Below, piece after piece: positions 19,638-30,153 of a stretch of 64,000 bases of DNA. Each line of letters begins with the position of its first letter. Position 1 is the first letter of the stretch. Origin of the DNA: Patescibacteria group bacterium (GTDB lineage: Bacteria; Patescibacteriota; Patescibacteriia; Patescibacteriales; UBA12465); the NCBI GenBank assembly GCA_041649315.1, contig JBAZNJ010000002.1, forward strand, positions 64,851-128,850, written 5' to 3'. The position numbers were made by a program, and so were the translations under genes. The notes beneath the pieces were generated by a model that was not told the DNA's origin, did not search any database, and saw only the letters and a list, made by a program, of their open reading frames with translations.

Positions 19638-20939
19638 ATGTCAAGAATTCTAATCAAAGAAGCAAAAGAGAAAGTAAGCGGTAGCGTGACGATTGCCGGT
19701 TGGGTTCGTAATCTCCGGGCGCATAAAGGTTTGGTTTTTATTGATTTAGTTGATATTTCCGGGACGATGCAGGTCGTTTTTACAGCCGATCAGGACGGCT
19801 ATGAAATCGCGGAGAAGTTGACGCTGGAAAGCGTGGTTGAGGTTGTAGGCAATCTTCAAGAAAAACCGGCTAAGAAGAATGATCCGAATCCGGTAAAAGA
19901 TTTTGAATTATCGGCTACGGGCGTTAGCTTGGTTTCTCTAGCGGACGAAAATTTACCGATTCCGGTTTTAGTCAAAGCGGATAATGAAGCTAATTTAGAT
20001 AATCGTTTTGATTGGCGTTGGCTTGACTTACGACGTCCGGAACATCAGTTAATTTTTAAGGTTTGGACGAAATTAGAAGAGGGAATGAGGGAATATTTTC
20101 GGCAAAATGATTTTACTCAGCTTTATACTCCATGTTTAATGAGTACGGCCTCTGAATCCGGCGCTGAGGTTTTTGCTGTTAAATATTTTGACCGTCAGGC
20201 CTATTTAGCCCAGTCGCCGCAATTTTATAAACAGATGGCGATGGCCGCCGGTTTGGAGCGGGTTTTTATGGTTGGCACGGTTTTCCGAGCCGAGCCGTCT
20301 TTTACGACGCGCCATGTTACGGAATTTACCGGATGGGACGCGGAGGTTTCTTATGCTTCATATTCAGATGTGATGTCCATGGAAGAAGATATGTTGATTG
20401 CCGGTTTTCAGAAAGTTAAAGAAGATTTGGGTTTAGAGATTGAAGTGCCGGCTAAGCCATTTCCGAAGATGACATTAGCCGTCGCGAAGGAAAAATTAAA
20501 AGCCGCGGGAATAAAGAGCGAAAAAAATGATGATTTTTCCACGGAAGAGGAAAAAGTGCTCGGGGAAATAATTAAGAAAGAAAATGGCCATGATTTCGTA
20601 TTTGTGACTGATTATCCGATTACCGCCCGCCCCTTTTACCACATGCGCCATGAAAGCAACCCAGAACTGACTAAAAGTTTTGATCTTATTTATCGTGGTT
20701 TAGAAATAACGACCGGCGCCGAGCGTGAGCATCGCCTTGATGTTTTAGAAAAGCAAGCGCAGGAGAAGGGGATGAATCTTAATGAACTCAAAGATTATTT
20801 GAATTTTTTCCGTTATGGTTGCCCGGGGCATAGCGGGCTTGGTATCGGACCGGCGCGGATTATAATGAAAATGCTTAATTTGGGAAGCGTTAAGGAGGCC
20901 TGCTTCTTGCCACGGGATGTTAAGCGTTTAACCCCTTAA
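19638..20939 (+). CDS. aspS: Aspartyl-tRNA synthetase, short archaeal/eukaryal-type class IIb
   Basis: 433 aa; QSPQFYKQ, FRAEPSFTTRHVTEF and GLGIGPARI motifs. Confidence 0.9.
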   Translation: MSRILIKEAKEKVSGSVTIAGWVRNLRAHKGLVFIDLVDISGTMQVVFTADQDGYEIAEKLTLESVVEVVGNLQEKPAKKNDPNPVKDFELSATGVSLVSLADENLPIPVLVKADNEANLDNRFDWRWLDLRRPEHQLIFKVWTKLEEGMREYFRQNDFTQLYTPCLMSTASESGAEVFAVKYFDRQAYLAQSPQFYKQMAMAAGLERVFMVGTVFRAEPSFTTRHVTEFTGWDAEVSYASYSDVMSMEEDMLIAGFQKVKEDLGLEIEVPAKPFPKMTLAVAKEKLKAAGIKSEKNDDFSTEEEKVLGEIIKKENGHDFVFVTDYPITARPFYHMRHESNPELTKSFDLIYRGLEITTGAEREHRLDVLEKQAQEKGMNLNELKDYLNFFRYGCPGHSGLGIGPARIIMKMLNLGSVKEACFLPRDVKRLTP

Positions 20940-21033
20940 TTTTTTTAGAAATTATTTTTAAAGACAATTTTTAAGATAAGAGATTTTATTTTTTAGAAGT
21001 GATCTTTTATCCATAAATACCTTTTAAATAAAT

Positions 21034-22425
21034 ATGTCTTATATTCCAGTTAAATCATTATATCGCCATACGAAGGATTACCTCGGTCGAGAAATCTCCG
21101 TGGCTGGTTGGGTTCGAACAGCGCGCGGCTCTAAAGAATTTGGATTTATCGAATTAAATGACGGATCTTTTTTTAAAGGGCTTCAGATTGTTTTTAGCGC
21201 GGATCTGCCGAATTTCGCTGTGTTGGAAAATATTGCTGTTGGTTCGTCCTTGGAAGTGAGTGGCGAACTCGTGGAGTCCCCGGCCGCCGGCCAAGCCTTT
21301 GAGCTTAAGGCGAAAGAAATAAAAATTATAAACGCCGCGCCGGCTGATTATCCTTTACAGAAAAAAAGGCATAGCTTTGAATTCTTGCGGACAATCGCGC
21401 ATCTGCGCGGCCGGAGTAATACTTTTTCCGCGGTTTTCCGTCTCCGTTCGGCGCTTAGTTTTGCAATCCATCAATTTTTTAAAGAGGAAGGTTTTTCTTA
21501 TATTCATACCCCGATAATCTCGACGAGCGATTGCGAGGGAGCGGGCGAGATGTTCCAGGTCACGACTTTAGATTTAAAAAATCCAGCCAAAGACGATAAA
21601 GGAGAAATTGATTACAAGGAGGATTTTTTCGGCCAATCGGCCGGATTGACCGTAAGTGGCCAGCTTAATGCCGAAGCCCTAGTTATGGGCCTGAATAAGG
21701 TTTATACTTTCGGACCGACTTTCCGGGCGGAAAATTCAAATACGACCCGGCATGCTTCGGAATTCTGGATGATGGAGCCGGAAATGGCTTTTGCGGATTT
21801 AAATGATGATATGGATTTAGCGGAAAAGATGTTGAAATATTTGATTTCTTATGTTCTAAAAGAATTACCGGAAGAGATGGAATTTTTCAATAAGTTTATT
21901 GATCCGGGGATTATGGAGCGTTTGGATAATATTCTTAAGTCAGAATTCGGGCGTATCTCTTATACTGAAGCGATTAGTATCTTAGAAAAATCCGGGGAGA
22001 AATTCGTTTATCCGGTTGAATGGGGGATTGATTTGCAGACCGAACATGAACGCTATCTAACGGATAAGGTTTATCAAAAGCCGATTTTTGTTATTGATTA
22101 TCCGAAAGATATCAAAGCTTTCTATATGCGGCTGAATGATGATGGAAAAACCGTCGCGGCCATGGATTTACTCGTGCCCGGCGTCGGCGAAATTATCGGC
22201 GGCAGCCAAAGAGAAGAGCGCTTGGAAAAATTAGAGCAAAGGATGGATGAGATGGGCTTAAAAAAGGAAGATTACGCCTGGTATCTTGATTTGCGCAAAT
22301 ACGGTTCGGTGCCACATGCCGGCTTTGGTCTTGGTTTTGAGCGCTTGATTATGTATTTGTCCGGCATGGCTAATATCCGCGACGTGATTCCGTTCCCGCG
22401 TACACCAAAGAGCGCGGAGTTTTAG
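21034..22425 (+). CDS. asnS: Asparaginyl-tRNA synthetase
   Basis: 463 aa; [24 protein letters not shown] and GFGLGFERL motifs. Confidence 0.93.
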   Translation: MSYIPVKSLYRHTKDYLGREISVAGWVRTARGSKEFGFIELNDGSFFKGLQIVFSADLPNFAVLENIAVGSSLEVSGELVESPAAGQAFELKAKEIKIINAAPADYPLQKKRHSFEFLRTIAHLRGRSNTFSAVFRLRSALSFAIHQFFKEEGFSYIHTPIISTSDCEGAGEMFQVTTLDLKNPAKDDKGEIDYKEDFFGQSAGLTVSGQLNAEALVMGLNKVYTFGPTFRAENSNTTRHASEFWMMEPEMAFADLNDDMDLAEKMLKYLISYVLKELPEEMEFFNKFIDPGIMERLDNILKSEFGRISYTEAISILEKSGEKFVYPVEWGIDLQTEHERYLTDKVYQKPIFVIDYPKDIKAFYMRLNDDGKTVAAMDLLVPGVGEIIGGSQREERLEKLEQRMDEMGLKKEDYAWYLDLRKYGSVPHAGFGLGFERLIMYLSGMANIRDVIPFPRTPKSAEF

Positions 22426-22436
22426 AATAAAAAAAT

Positions 22437-23360
22437 ATGTCAAATAAACACAACGCCAAGTACACTTTTTATTATTTACTCTCGCTGGTCGCCCTGGTTT
22501 TTATGGCTTTATCGGTCGGGATGATCGCTTTTAGTATTATCGACAAAACGGTTGCCGATGTTCTGAATAATTTTATTTCTTATAACGACCGGCAGTTGAA
22601 ATTTGCGATTTCCGCCCTGTTTATTTCCGGACCGAGCTTTTATCTGGTATCCCGCCTGATTGGCCGGGGTTTGCGCCGGGGCGAGCTTGATAAAGAATCC
22701 GGCATCCGCCGCTGGCTGCTTTATTTTATCCTTTTTGTTTCTTCAATGGTTATCCTGGGCGTATTCATCGGTGTGATTAATAATTTTTTGTCCGGCGAGC
22801 TCACAGCCCGTTTCATCCTTAAAGCCGCTACGATTTTTATTATTTCCGCGGCCGTCTTTTCCTTCTATCTCCATGAAATAAAACGGGAAGAATTTAATAA
22901 GTCGGATTTAGTCGGCCGGATTTTCTTATTTGCTTCTCTAGCTGTTGTGCTCGCGGCTTTTGTTGCCGCTTGGTTTTTTGTAGAAGCGCCGAAAACGGCG
23001 CGGGCTCGCCTCTTGGACCAGAATTTGATTAATAATATTTATAATTTAGAGAATGCTGTAAATACTTATTATGATCGTTATCAAAAATTACCGGATAACT
23101 TGGAAAATTTAAAAATGGACGAAAATATTTATTTGGATTCAAGATCTTTGGTTGATTCGGAAACGCAAGTCCCGATTGTTTATAATAAATTAGGGGATAA
23201 GAGTTTTGAGTTATGCGCGACTTTCCGTTTAGATAGCGGCGAGATGGGGTTTAAAGGGGAGGTCGTGCCGCGATATTCTGGGGATAATAAAGATCATCGC
23301 GCCGGCTATCAATGTTTGAAAGGTAATCTTTGGTCCTTAGAAAAAGTGCCGCTTCAATAA
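22437..23360 (+). CDS. Membrane protein (4-5 TM N-terminal domain, DUF5671-like) with an extracytoplasmic C-terminal domain
   Basis: Hydrophobic segments in the N-terminal 190 aa. The family assignment is from memory of CPR proteins. Confidence 0.6.
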   Translation: MSNKHNAKYTFYYLLSLVALVFMALSVGMIAFSIIDKTVADVLNNFISYNDRQLKFAISALFISGPSFYLVSRLIGRGLRRGELDKESGIRRWLLYFILFVSSMVILGVFIGVINNFLSGELTARFILKAATIFIISAAVFSFYLHEIKREEFNKSDLVGRIFLFASLAVVLAAFVAAWFFVEAPKTARARLLDQNLINNIYNLENAVNTYYDRYQKLPDNLENLKMDENIYLDSRSLVDSETQVPIVYNKLGDKSFELCATFRLDSGEMGFKGEVVPRYSGDNKDHRAGYQCLKGNLWSLEKVPLQ

Positions 23361-23406
23361 TTTGTTATTATTTATCACAGAGGAAAAGGAGTTGCTTCAA
23401 TAATTT

Positions 23407-24168
23407 ATGCTTGAATTTACGACAGAAAAATTTTCCGGACCGCTCGGGCTCTTGCTTTCTTTAATTGAAGGCGAGGAGATGGATATCACGGAAATTTCTT
23501 TAGCGAAAATCGCCGATGAATATATTAACCATATTCGAGGCGCGTCCGATATTAATCCGGAAGAAATGGCGGATTTTTTAGTTATCGCCGCGAAATTGTT
23601 ATTCATAAAATCCAAGGCGCTTTTACCGTACTTATATTCGGGCGAAGAAGAAGAGGAAATTAGCGATCTTGAACGGCAATTAAAGATGTATAAAGAGTTT
23701 GTGGAGGCGAGCCGGAAAATCAAGGAGATTATTGCCGGACAGCATTGGCTTTTTTTGCCGCCCTTAACCAATAAAGCCAAGAATCGCCGAGCGCAGTTCA
23801 ATTTGCCGGTTTTTTCCGAGCCGAAGAACCTGGACTCCGGAATGATGCGCGATTTGTTCGTGAAAATTTTGGACGGCTTAAAGGAAGAGCTGGCCCGGGA
23901 ACAGGAAGAAAAATTAGGCGAAGAAACTTTGGAGCCGAAGATCAGTATTGATGATAAAATTTTTTCCATTAAGAAGATGCTGTTGGAGAAAATAAAAGTC
24001 AATTTTTCAAAGCTATTGGCGAGCGCCTCTTCTCGGACAGAGATAATCGTGAGCTTTCTTGCTGTCCTGGAGCTGGCAAAACAGAAAGAGCTTGTCTTTG
24101 AACAAGATGAATTATTTAGTGAAATAAATATCACCCGTTTAGAGCTTAATATCGGGAATAATGTTTAA
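23407..24168 (+). CDS. scpA: Segregation and condensation protein A
   Basis: FSGPLGLLLSLIEGEEMDITEISLAKI is the ScpA N-terminal signature. The 245-aa antisense ORF is rejected. Confidence 0.9.
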   Translation: MLEFTTEKFSGPLGLLLSLIEGEEMDITEISLAKIADEYINHIRGASDINPEEMADFLVIAAKLLFIKSKALLPYLYSGEEEEEISDLERQLKMYKEFVEASRKIKEIIAGQHWLFLPPLTNKAKNRRAQFNLPVFSEPKNLDSGMMRDLFVKILDGLKEELAREQEEKLGEETLEPKISIDDKIFSIKKMLLEKIKVNFSKLLASASSRTEIIVSFLAVLELAKQKELVFEQDELFSEINITRLELNIGNNV

Positions 24169-24268
24169 TATTGGTAATGTTTAACATCGGCTATGTCTGA
24201 TACTGGTAAGGCCGGAAATAATGCTTAACATTGTTCATGTTTAATATCGGAAATGTCGGAATAATAAT
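24145..24268. repeat. Degenerate 16-nt tandem repeat (6-7 units, consensus ATGTTTAAYATYGGNN) starting inside the scpA 3' end
   Basis: Units start at 24161, 24177, 24193, 24221, 24237 and 24253, with a leading partial unit covering the last scpA codons. Most units carry TAA or TGA. Confidence 0.7.
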
Positions 24269-24307
24269 TATTGAATTAAGAATAAAAACTTTAACGAGAA
24301 ATAATAT

Positions 24308-24916
24308 ATGCCTTTAAAATCACAAATAGAATCATTGCTCTTTGTCGCGGTCAAGCCCTTGTCGCTTAAGGAGTTAGCCTCTTTAACCAAGGCCAAGACG
24401 GACGCGGTAGAGAAATTTTTAAGCGAATTAAGCGCGGCTTACCAGGCGGCGGAGAGCGGATTGGCGATAGTCAAGAATAATAATCAATATCAATTAACGA
24501 CCGCCGGTGATAACGCCGCCCTGGTTCAGGAATTTTTAAAGAGCGAAACGAGCGGTGAATTATCCCAGCCGAGCTTGGAGGCCTTAACGATTATCGCTTA
24601 TCGCGGGCCGATCGCTAAATCAGCTTTAGATAAGATTCGCGGCATTAATTGTTCTTTGATTATCCGTAATCTGTTATTGCGCGGCTTGATTGAAGAAAAG
24701 TTTGATAAGATAAAAGGCGAGAATGTTTATATAGTGACTCATGATTTTATCCGCTTTCTCGGACTTAGCAGTGTGGAGGATTTGCCGGATTATACTAAAT
24801 TAAATCAGGACGAAGCGCCGGAACAGGTTTTAGCCGCGGCTGAAGAAGGAAAATCGGCTGAAGAGGGGAAGGCGGACGCGGAAGGGCAGATAGAAAATTC
24901 GATCCTTAATAATTAA
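24308..24916 (+). CDS. scpB: Segregation and condensation protein B
   Basis: SQPSLEALTIIAYRGPI motif; follows scpA. Confidence 0.9.
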   Translation: MPLKSQIESLLFVAVKPLSLKELASLTKAKTDAVEKFLSELSAAYQAAESGLAIVKNNNQYQLTTAGDNAALVQEFLKSETSGELSQPSLEALTIIAYRGPIAKSALDKIRGINCSLIIRNLLLRGLIEEKFDKIKGENVYIVTHDFIRFLGLSSVEDLPDYTKLNQDEAPEQVLAAAEEGKSAEEGKADAEGQIENSILNN

Positions 24917-24920
24917 AACC

Positions 24921-25817
24921 ATGGCTTATTTAGGAATTTTAAATTTGATATTGTCTTTATTTTTAATTGGTTCTAATTTTAGCCCGGCTTTACATTCAAA
25001 TCCGGATATTTTACATTTAGATCCGACCGCCTCGGTTTTTGAATTAGCCGCGGATAAAGGAGCGGTTTTAGACGGCAGCGGACGCTTTTTTCTGTTTGCG
25101 AAAAATGCTGATGAAATCCAGCCGATTGCCAGTATTACTAAATTAATGACCGCCTTGGTTTTTTTAGAACATAATCCGGGTTGGGAAGTTATTTATGAAA
25201 TCACGGCGGCTGATAGAGTTGAGGGCGGACGCTTAAACCTTTTTCCCGGCGATCAAGTGACGTTAAAAGATCTTTTTTACACGGCGCTCGTCGCCTCGGA
25301 TAATGGCGCGGCGCTGGCCTTGGCGCGGGCGAGTAATCTTGGTGAAGAAGGATTTATCGCGGCCATGAACGAGAAGGCTGCGGCGCTTGGCTTAAAAGCG
25401 ACGTGCTTCGTTGATCCGATTGGCCTGAGTGCTGATAATGTTTCGACGGCGCGCGAAGTGGCCTTTTTGGCTCAAGCCGCTTTAAATAAGCCGGAAATCC
25501 AAGAGGCAGTAGCTCTGCCGGAATATGAATTTTTAACGCGCGGCGGGCGGGAAAAGAAAATAGAATCAACTGATTATCTTTTATTTGATAATTCCCCGGG
25601 TTCTTTAAAGGCTTTAGGCGGGAAAACCGGTTATACCGAAAGCGCCGGTTATTGTTTTGTCGGTCGCTTGCGCGATCAGGCCGGCCGGGAACTTATTTCG
25701 GTCGTGCTTAATTCTTCCGGTCTTAACGAACGTTTTCGGGAGAGCCGGGCTTTGGCAGAATGGGTTTTTGATAATTACCATCGTTCGGCTGACGCCGGAA
25801 GCGGACAGAATCGCTAA
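24921..25817 (+). CDS. D-alanyl-D-alanine carboxypeptidase (S11, PBP5/6-like)
   Basis: SITK (SxxK), SDN (SxN) and KTG motifs in the correct order; N-terminal signal/anchor. Confidence 0.85.
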   Translation: MAYLGILNLILSLFLIGSNFSPALHSNPDILHLDPTASVFELAADKGAVLDGSGRFFLFAKNADEIQPIASITKLMTALVFLEHNPGWEVIYEITAADRVEGGRLNLFPGDQVTLKDLFYTALVASDNGAALALARASNLGEEGFIAAMNEKAAALGLKATCFVDPIGLSADNVSTAREVAFLAQAALNKPEIQEAVALPEYEFLTRGGREKKIESTDYLLFDNSPGSLKALGGKTGYTESAGYCFVGRLRDQAGRELISVVLNSSGLNERFRESRALAEWVFDNYHRSADAGSGQNR

Positions 25818-25829
25818 AGCTAAATTTTT

Positions 25830-26291
25830 ATGCGTTTAATCAATAAAATATATTATCGTTTTCGTTATTTTTTGTCTTCTCGTTTTCCGCGGACCTATGG
25901 ATTTTGCGATAGCCGAAAATCAATCGTAAAATTCATTATCGCCGGTTCGCTCGCCGCCGCCGTTGATTTGATTTTTTTATTCATCTTCCACGGTTTATTG
26001 AAGTTAGCGATTGTCCCGTCAACGACCCTGGCTTATATCCTGTCGCTTTTAGTGAGCTTTACTCTGCAGAAATTTTGGACTTTCCGGAATCATAATCGGG
26101 AAAAGATGTTCGGTCAATTAGGCCTTTATATCCTTAATACCTTTCTCGGTTTATATTTAAACGGTTTATTCATGTATCATCTGGTCGCTGGCTTTCATAT
26201 TTGGTATATCTTGGCCCAGGTTATGGTTAACCTAGTAATCGGACTCTGGAATTTCTTTATTTATAAGTTTATCATTTTCCGGAATAATTAA
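25830..26291 (+). CDS. GtrA-family membrane protein
   Basis: 153 aa, 4 TM; KFIIAGSLAAAVDL and QKFWTF motifs. Confidence 0.8.
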   Translation: MRLINKIYYRFRYFLSSRFPRTYGFCDSRKSIVKFIIAGSLAAAVDLIFLFIFHGLLKLAIVPSTTLAYILSLLVSFTLQKFWTFRNHNREKMFGQLGLYILNTFLGLYLNGLFMYHLVAGFHIWYILAQVMVNLVIGLWNFFIYKFIIFRNN

Positions 26292-26313
26292 AATTTAATA
26301 TTGAATTAATTTC

Positions 26314-26646
26314 ATGAAATTAATTGTCAATAAAAAACAATTATCGGAAACGCCGGAAATCTGGCTGAGGCGGGCTGGTTATGCTTTTATTCCGGAGCGC
26401 GAGGACGGTCAGCCGAGTTTTGCTCGCCGCCTGACGCGCGATTTTTATCCCCGTTTCCATATTTATTTTGCTATTAATCGCGACGCGGCCGGTGCTGAGC
26501 AAGTAATTTTTAATCTGCATTTAGATCAGAAACGGCCGGGTTATGCCGGCCAGAATCGTCATAACGCCGAATACGACGGGGGAGTAGTCGAGGCGGAAAT
26601 AGAGCGTTTAAAAACCTTTTTAACACCGGAGTTGTTTGTAAATTGA
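26314..26646 (+). CDS. Hypothetical protein (110 aa)
   Basis: ORF only. Confidence 0.5.
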   Translation: MKLIVNKKQLSETPEIWLRRAGYAFIPEREDGQPSFARRLTRDFYPRFHIYFAINRDAAGAEQVIFNLHLDQKRPGYAGQNRHNAEYDGGVVEAEIERLKTFLTPELFVN

Positions 26647-26653
26647 TTGAAGT

Positions 26654-26805
26654 CGTTCGGGCGACAGTGTTCCTGAACGCCTGTAATTTCGTAGAGTAAA
26701 ATTAAGCGCCGGCCGCCGGAGCACCGAGTAGGTGCGGAGGCGGAGGAGAGGCGATTAATTTTACCACAGAAATTACCGAAGCGAAGGAATACTGTCGCCC
26801 GAACG
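26654..26805. other. 152-nt near-perfect long hairpin (candidate structured RNA or MITE-like element)
   Basis: A 20-bp terminal stem (26654-26673 vs 26786-26805, 19 Watson-Crick plus 1 G-U). Nested stems are 26683-90/26769-76, 26696-705/26755-64, 26707-10/26750-53, 26713-17/26739-43 and 26721-25/26731-35. Confidence 0.6.
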
Positions 26806-26864
26806 AAGCTTCCTAATAAGAGATAGTTGATTGGAAAAAATATTATTTTTTGATAGCAATAACC

Positions 26865-28745
26865 ATGAATCAATCCGAGGAAATAAAATCAAAGCTGGAT
26901 ATCGTGGAAGTAATCCGCGAATACGTGCCGGTCAAAGCTGTCGGCGCGAATTTCCAGGCGCTCTGTCCTTTTCATAACGAGAAGACGCCGTCTTTTGTAA
27001 TTTCTCCGGAGAAGCAGATTTGGCATTGCTTCGGTTGTGGGCGGGGCGGCGATGTTTTTTCTTTTGTGATGGAAAAAGAGGGCTTAGGTTTTATGGAAGC
27101 GCTGCGCCTATTAGCGCCGAAAGCCGGCGTAGTTTTAAAATATGAGCGCTCTGAAGATTATTCTAAGCGTAATCGGATTATTGATATCATGGAGCTCGCT
27201 GGAAAATATTACGCTCATCTTTTAACTCAATCGGTCGGCGTAGCGGCCAAGGAGTATCTTTTACAACGTGGCTTAGATGAGGCGGAAATCGCTGATTGGC
27301 AGATTGGCTATAGTTTAGATTCCTGGGACGGATTATATAAATTCCTTAAAGCCCGGCCGCTCACCGGACCGAAATATACGGACGAGGAAATTTTTGCGGC
27401 CGGTTTGATAATCAAAAAGGAGGCGGTCGGCGCCCAGCGCGGTTATTATGACCGTTTTCGCGACCGGATTATGTTTCCGATCCATGATGTCCATAATAAT
27501 TTAGTCGCTTTTACGGCCCGGGTTAATCCGGTTAAAGAAAAAACGGAAAAAATAGGAAAGTATATCAATAGCCCGCAGACCGCGGTTTATGATAAGAGCC
27601 GGATTTTGTTTGCCTTGAATAAAGCCAAGAGCGCAATCAAGGAAGCGGATTTGGCGATTGTGGTTGAAGGGCAGATGGACGCGATTGCCGCTCATCGGCA
27701 CGGATTTAAGAATACGGTTGCTTCTTCGGGCACGGCTTTGACTACGGAACAGGTTAAGCTTTTAAAACGCTTTACTAATAATATTGCTTTGCTTTTTGAT
27801 ATGGATGACGCCGGGCAATTAGCGGCTGATCGCGGGATAAAGGAATGTTTGGCGCAGGAAGTTAATTTAAAGATTATCACTTTGCCGTCCGGGAAAGATC
27901 CGGATGAATGTTTAAAAAATAATCCGGAAGATTTTCAAGCGGCCGCGGCCGGCGCAAAACCGATGCTTGAATATTATTTTGATAAAGTGAGCGCTGGTTT
28001 AGATTTAACCCTTTTGGAGAATAAACAGGCGGTCGTTAAAAAAATGCTGGCGATGATCGCTTTGGTCTATAATAGTTTAGAGCAGGATTTCTGGTTAAAG
28101 AAATTAAGCGAAAATCTTGAAATAAAAGAAGCGATTTTGCGGGAGGCCTTGGATAAAATTGTTGTCCGGCCGGCTGTTTTAGAACCGGAAGCCGGACAGG
28201 GCTCAGGACGAGAACTGGGGCGGGAATCAGTACGGGAGCCCGGAACCGGCGCGGCGGCTATCAACAAGGAAAAAAATGAAGCGGCAATAGAAGCGAGCGA
28301 TGGCGGCCGGGAAGGGAAATTGGCTGAATCTTTTTTGGCGCTACTGCTCCGTTTTCCGGAATTTATTCCGTATGGCATTAGTGCTTTAAATCCGGAGGAA
28401 ATCAGCGTTTCCGCTCCGGCCGAGTTTTACAAGACCCTGGTAATTTACTATAATAAAAGCACCTCTTTAGTATATGAGGATTTTCGTGTTTATCTTGTAA
28501 ATCAGGGCGAAAATAAGGAAAAATTACTAGATAAACTAGTTTTATTGGGAGAAAAGGATTTTTATGATTATGATGCGGCGCGGGCTAAGGTCGGAATAAT
28601 GGATATTGTCGCGGAATTAAAAAAATATGAGCGCCAGAGAGAAATAGGGAAGCTCCAGAAGGAAATTGCCCGGGCGGAAAAAGAAGGCCGCGATAGCGAT
28701 GCCGAGGCCTTAATGGATAATTTAAAAAATTTAATGATTTCTTAG
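26865..28745 (+). CDS. dnaG: DNA primase
   Basis: [11 protein letters not shown]...CFGCG zinc finger and Toprim [10 protein letters not shown] start at ATG 26865 ([17 protein letters not shown]). Confidence 0.93.
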   Translation: MNQSEEIKSKLDIVEVIREYVPVKAVGANFQALCPFHNEKTPSFVISPEKQIWHCFGCGRGGDVFSFVMEKEGLGFMEALRLLAPKAGVVLKYERSEDYSKRNRIIDIMELAGKYYAHLLTQSVGVAAKEYLLQRGLDEAEIADWQIGYSLDSWDGLYKFLKARPLTGPKYTDEEIFAAGLIIKKEAVGAQRGYYDRFRDRIMFPIHDVHNNLVAFTARVNPVKEKTEKIGKYINSPQTAVYDKSRILFALNKAKSAIKEADLAIVVEGQMDAIAAHRHGFKNTVASSGTALTTEQVKLLKRFTNNIALLFDMDDAGQLAADRGIKECLAQEVNLKIITLPSGKDPDECLKNNPEDFQAAAAGAKPMLEYYFDKVSAGLDLTLLENKQAVVKKMLAMIALVYNSLEQDFWLKKLSENLEIKEAILREALDKIVVRPAVLEPEAGQGSGRELGRESVREPGTGAAAINKEKNEAAIEASDGGREGKLAESFLALLLRFPEFIPYGISALNPEEISVSAPAEFYKTLVIYYNKSTSLVYEDFRVYLVNQGENKEKLLDKLVLLGEKDFYDYDAARAKVGIMDIVAELKKYERQREIGKLQKEIARAEKEGRDSDAEALMDNLKNLMIS

Positions 28746-28758
28746 CCATAATATTTTT

Positions 28759-30129
28759 ATGCCGAAGAAAAATTTAAAAAAAACAAAAAATTTGGCCGCT
28801 AAGACCAAGATTAAAAATAAAATGAAAACGAAAAAGACGACCAGCAAGCCGATTAAGGCTAAAAGTACGACCAAAAAAACTCCGGCGAAAAAATCTTTGG
28901 TAAAAGCTACGGCCAAGAAGTCGGCCGTCGCGCGCCCTAAGAGTAATAAGACAAAAAAGAAAAAATTGCCGAAGCGGAGCATCCGTTTGGTTAAAGTCGC
29001 GCCGCGTGATCGGGCGCCGCGGGAAATAAAGAAGCCGGGCGAAGAGAGCTTGAAAAAATTGATTGATAAGGGACGCTTACGCGGTTTTGTTACTGAAACC
29101 GAGTTGCTCTATCTTTTTCCGGAAGTTGAGGAATATGTTTATGATTATGATGTCTTTTTAGGCGAATTACAGAAAGCCGGTGTTAAGATTGAAGAAGATT
29201 CCGGTCGGATTTTAGATACGGCCGGGAAAAAAGTTCTTGACAAGCCCTTAAGTGCGAAAGCGGCGGCTCATCAGGCGGCCTTAAATGTCGATCTCTCAAA
29301 ACTCAGCGCTGATTCAATCCAGATGTATTTAAAAGAAATCGGCAAAGTGCCGCTTTTAACCAGTGCGGAAGAAACCGAATTGGCCAAGCGTAAGGAAGTC
29401 GGCGACAAAGAAGCGGAAAAAAAGATTATTGAAGCGAATTTGCGTTTAGTCGTTTCGATTGCTAAAAAATTCGCCGGCGCTAAAGGCATGAGTTTATTAG
29501 ATCTTATTCAGGAAGGAAATATTGGTCTGTTTCGGGCAGTGGAAAAATTTGAATATCGTAAAGGTTTTAAATTCTCGACTTACGCGACCTGGTGGATTCG
29601 CCAGGCGATTACGCGCGCTTTAGCCGATCAGTCGCGGACGATTCGAATTCCGGTTCATATGGTCGAAACGATTAATAAATTTCAGCAGGTCCAGCGTAAT
29701 TTGATCCAGGAATTAGGCCGCGAGCCCTTAGCCGATGAAATCGCCGCGGAGATGGGAGAGGAATTGGATAAGGTTCGGTATATCATGAAGATTTCCCAGG
29801 ATACGATTTCTTTAGAAACGACGATTGGCGATGATGAGGAAGATTCAACCTTAGAAGATTTTATTGAAGACGTAAAGAACGTGACGCCGGATCGCGCCGC
29901 CGCCCTACAGCTTCTGCGCGATTACGTCCGCAATATCGTGGCCCAGTTGTCGCCGCGCGAGCAGAAGATTTTAGAAATGCGTTTCGGCCTGGTTGATGGC
30001 GTGGCCCATACTTTAGAAGAAGTCGGCCAGGAATTTGAGGTTACGCGGGAACGGATTCGGCAGATTGAATCAAAGGCCTTGGAGAAAATCCGGAAGTTTA
30101 AGGGTTTGGAGAAGTTGAGGGATTATTAA
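28759..30129 (+). CDS. rpoD: RNA polymerase primary sigma factor with a K-rich N-terminal tail
   Basis: Regions 2-4 are present ([39 protein letters not shown]). dnaG-rpoD order fits. Confidence 0.95.
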   Translation: MPKKNLKKTKNLAAKTKIKNKMKTKKTTSKPIKAKSTTKKTPAKKSLVKATAKKSAVARPKSNKTKKKKLPKRSIRLVKVAPRDRAPREIKKPGEESLKKLIDKGRLRGFVTETELLYLFPEVEEYVYDYDVFLGELQKAGVKIEEDSGRILDTAGKKVLDKPLSAKAAAHQAALNVDLSKLSADSIQMYLKEIGKVPLLTSAEETELAKRKEVGDKEAEKKIIEANLRLVVSIAKKFAGAKGMSLLDLIQEGNIGLFRAVEKFEYRKGFKFSTYATWWIRQAITRALADQSRTIRIPVHMVETINKFQQVQRNLIQELGREPLADEIAAEMGEELDKVRYIMKISQDTISLETTIGDDEEDSTLEDFIEDVKNVTPDRAAALQLLRDYVRNIVAQLSPREQKILEMRFGLVDGVAHTLEEVGQEFEVTRERIRQIESKALEKIRKFKGLEKLRDY

Positions 30130-30153
30130 ATTAAAAATTGAAAGACTTAAAAT

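Noticed and set aside
23397-24134. 245-aa antisense ORF opposite scpA
   Set aside because: The plus-strand product has the clear ScpA signature. The antisense product is Ser/Phe/Ile-rich and low-complexity, typical of a shadow ORF.
24145-24268. Possible CRISPR array
   Set aside because: The units are only 16 nt, contiguous with no spacers, and degenerate. No cas genes are present in the window.
26559-26873. 104-aa minus-strand ORF across the 26654-26805 hairpin
   Set aside because: It is created by the palindromic element and overlaps the end of the upstream ORF and the dnaG start. No coding signal is evident.
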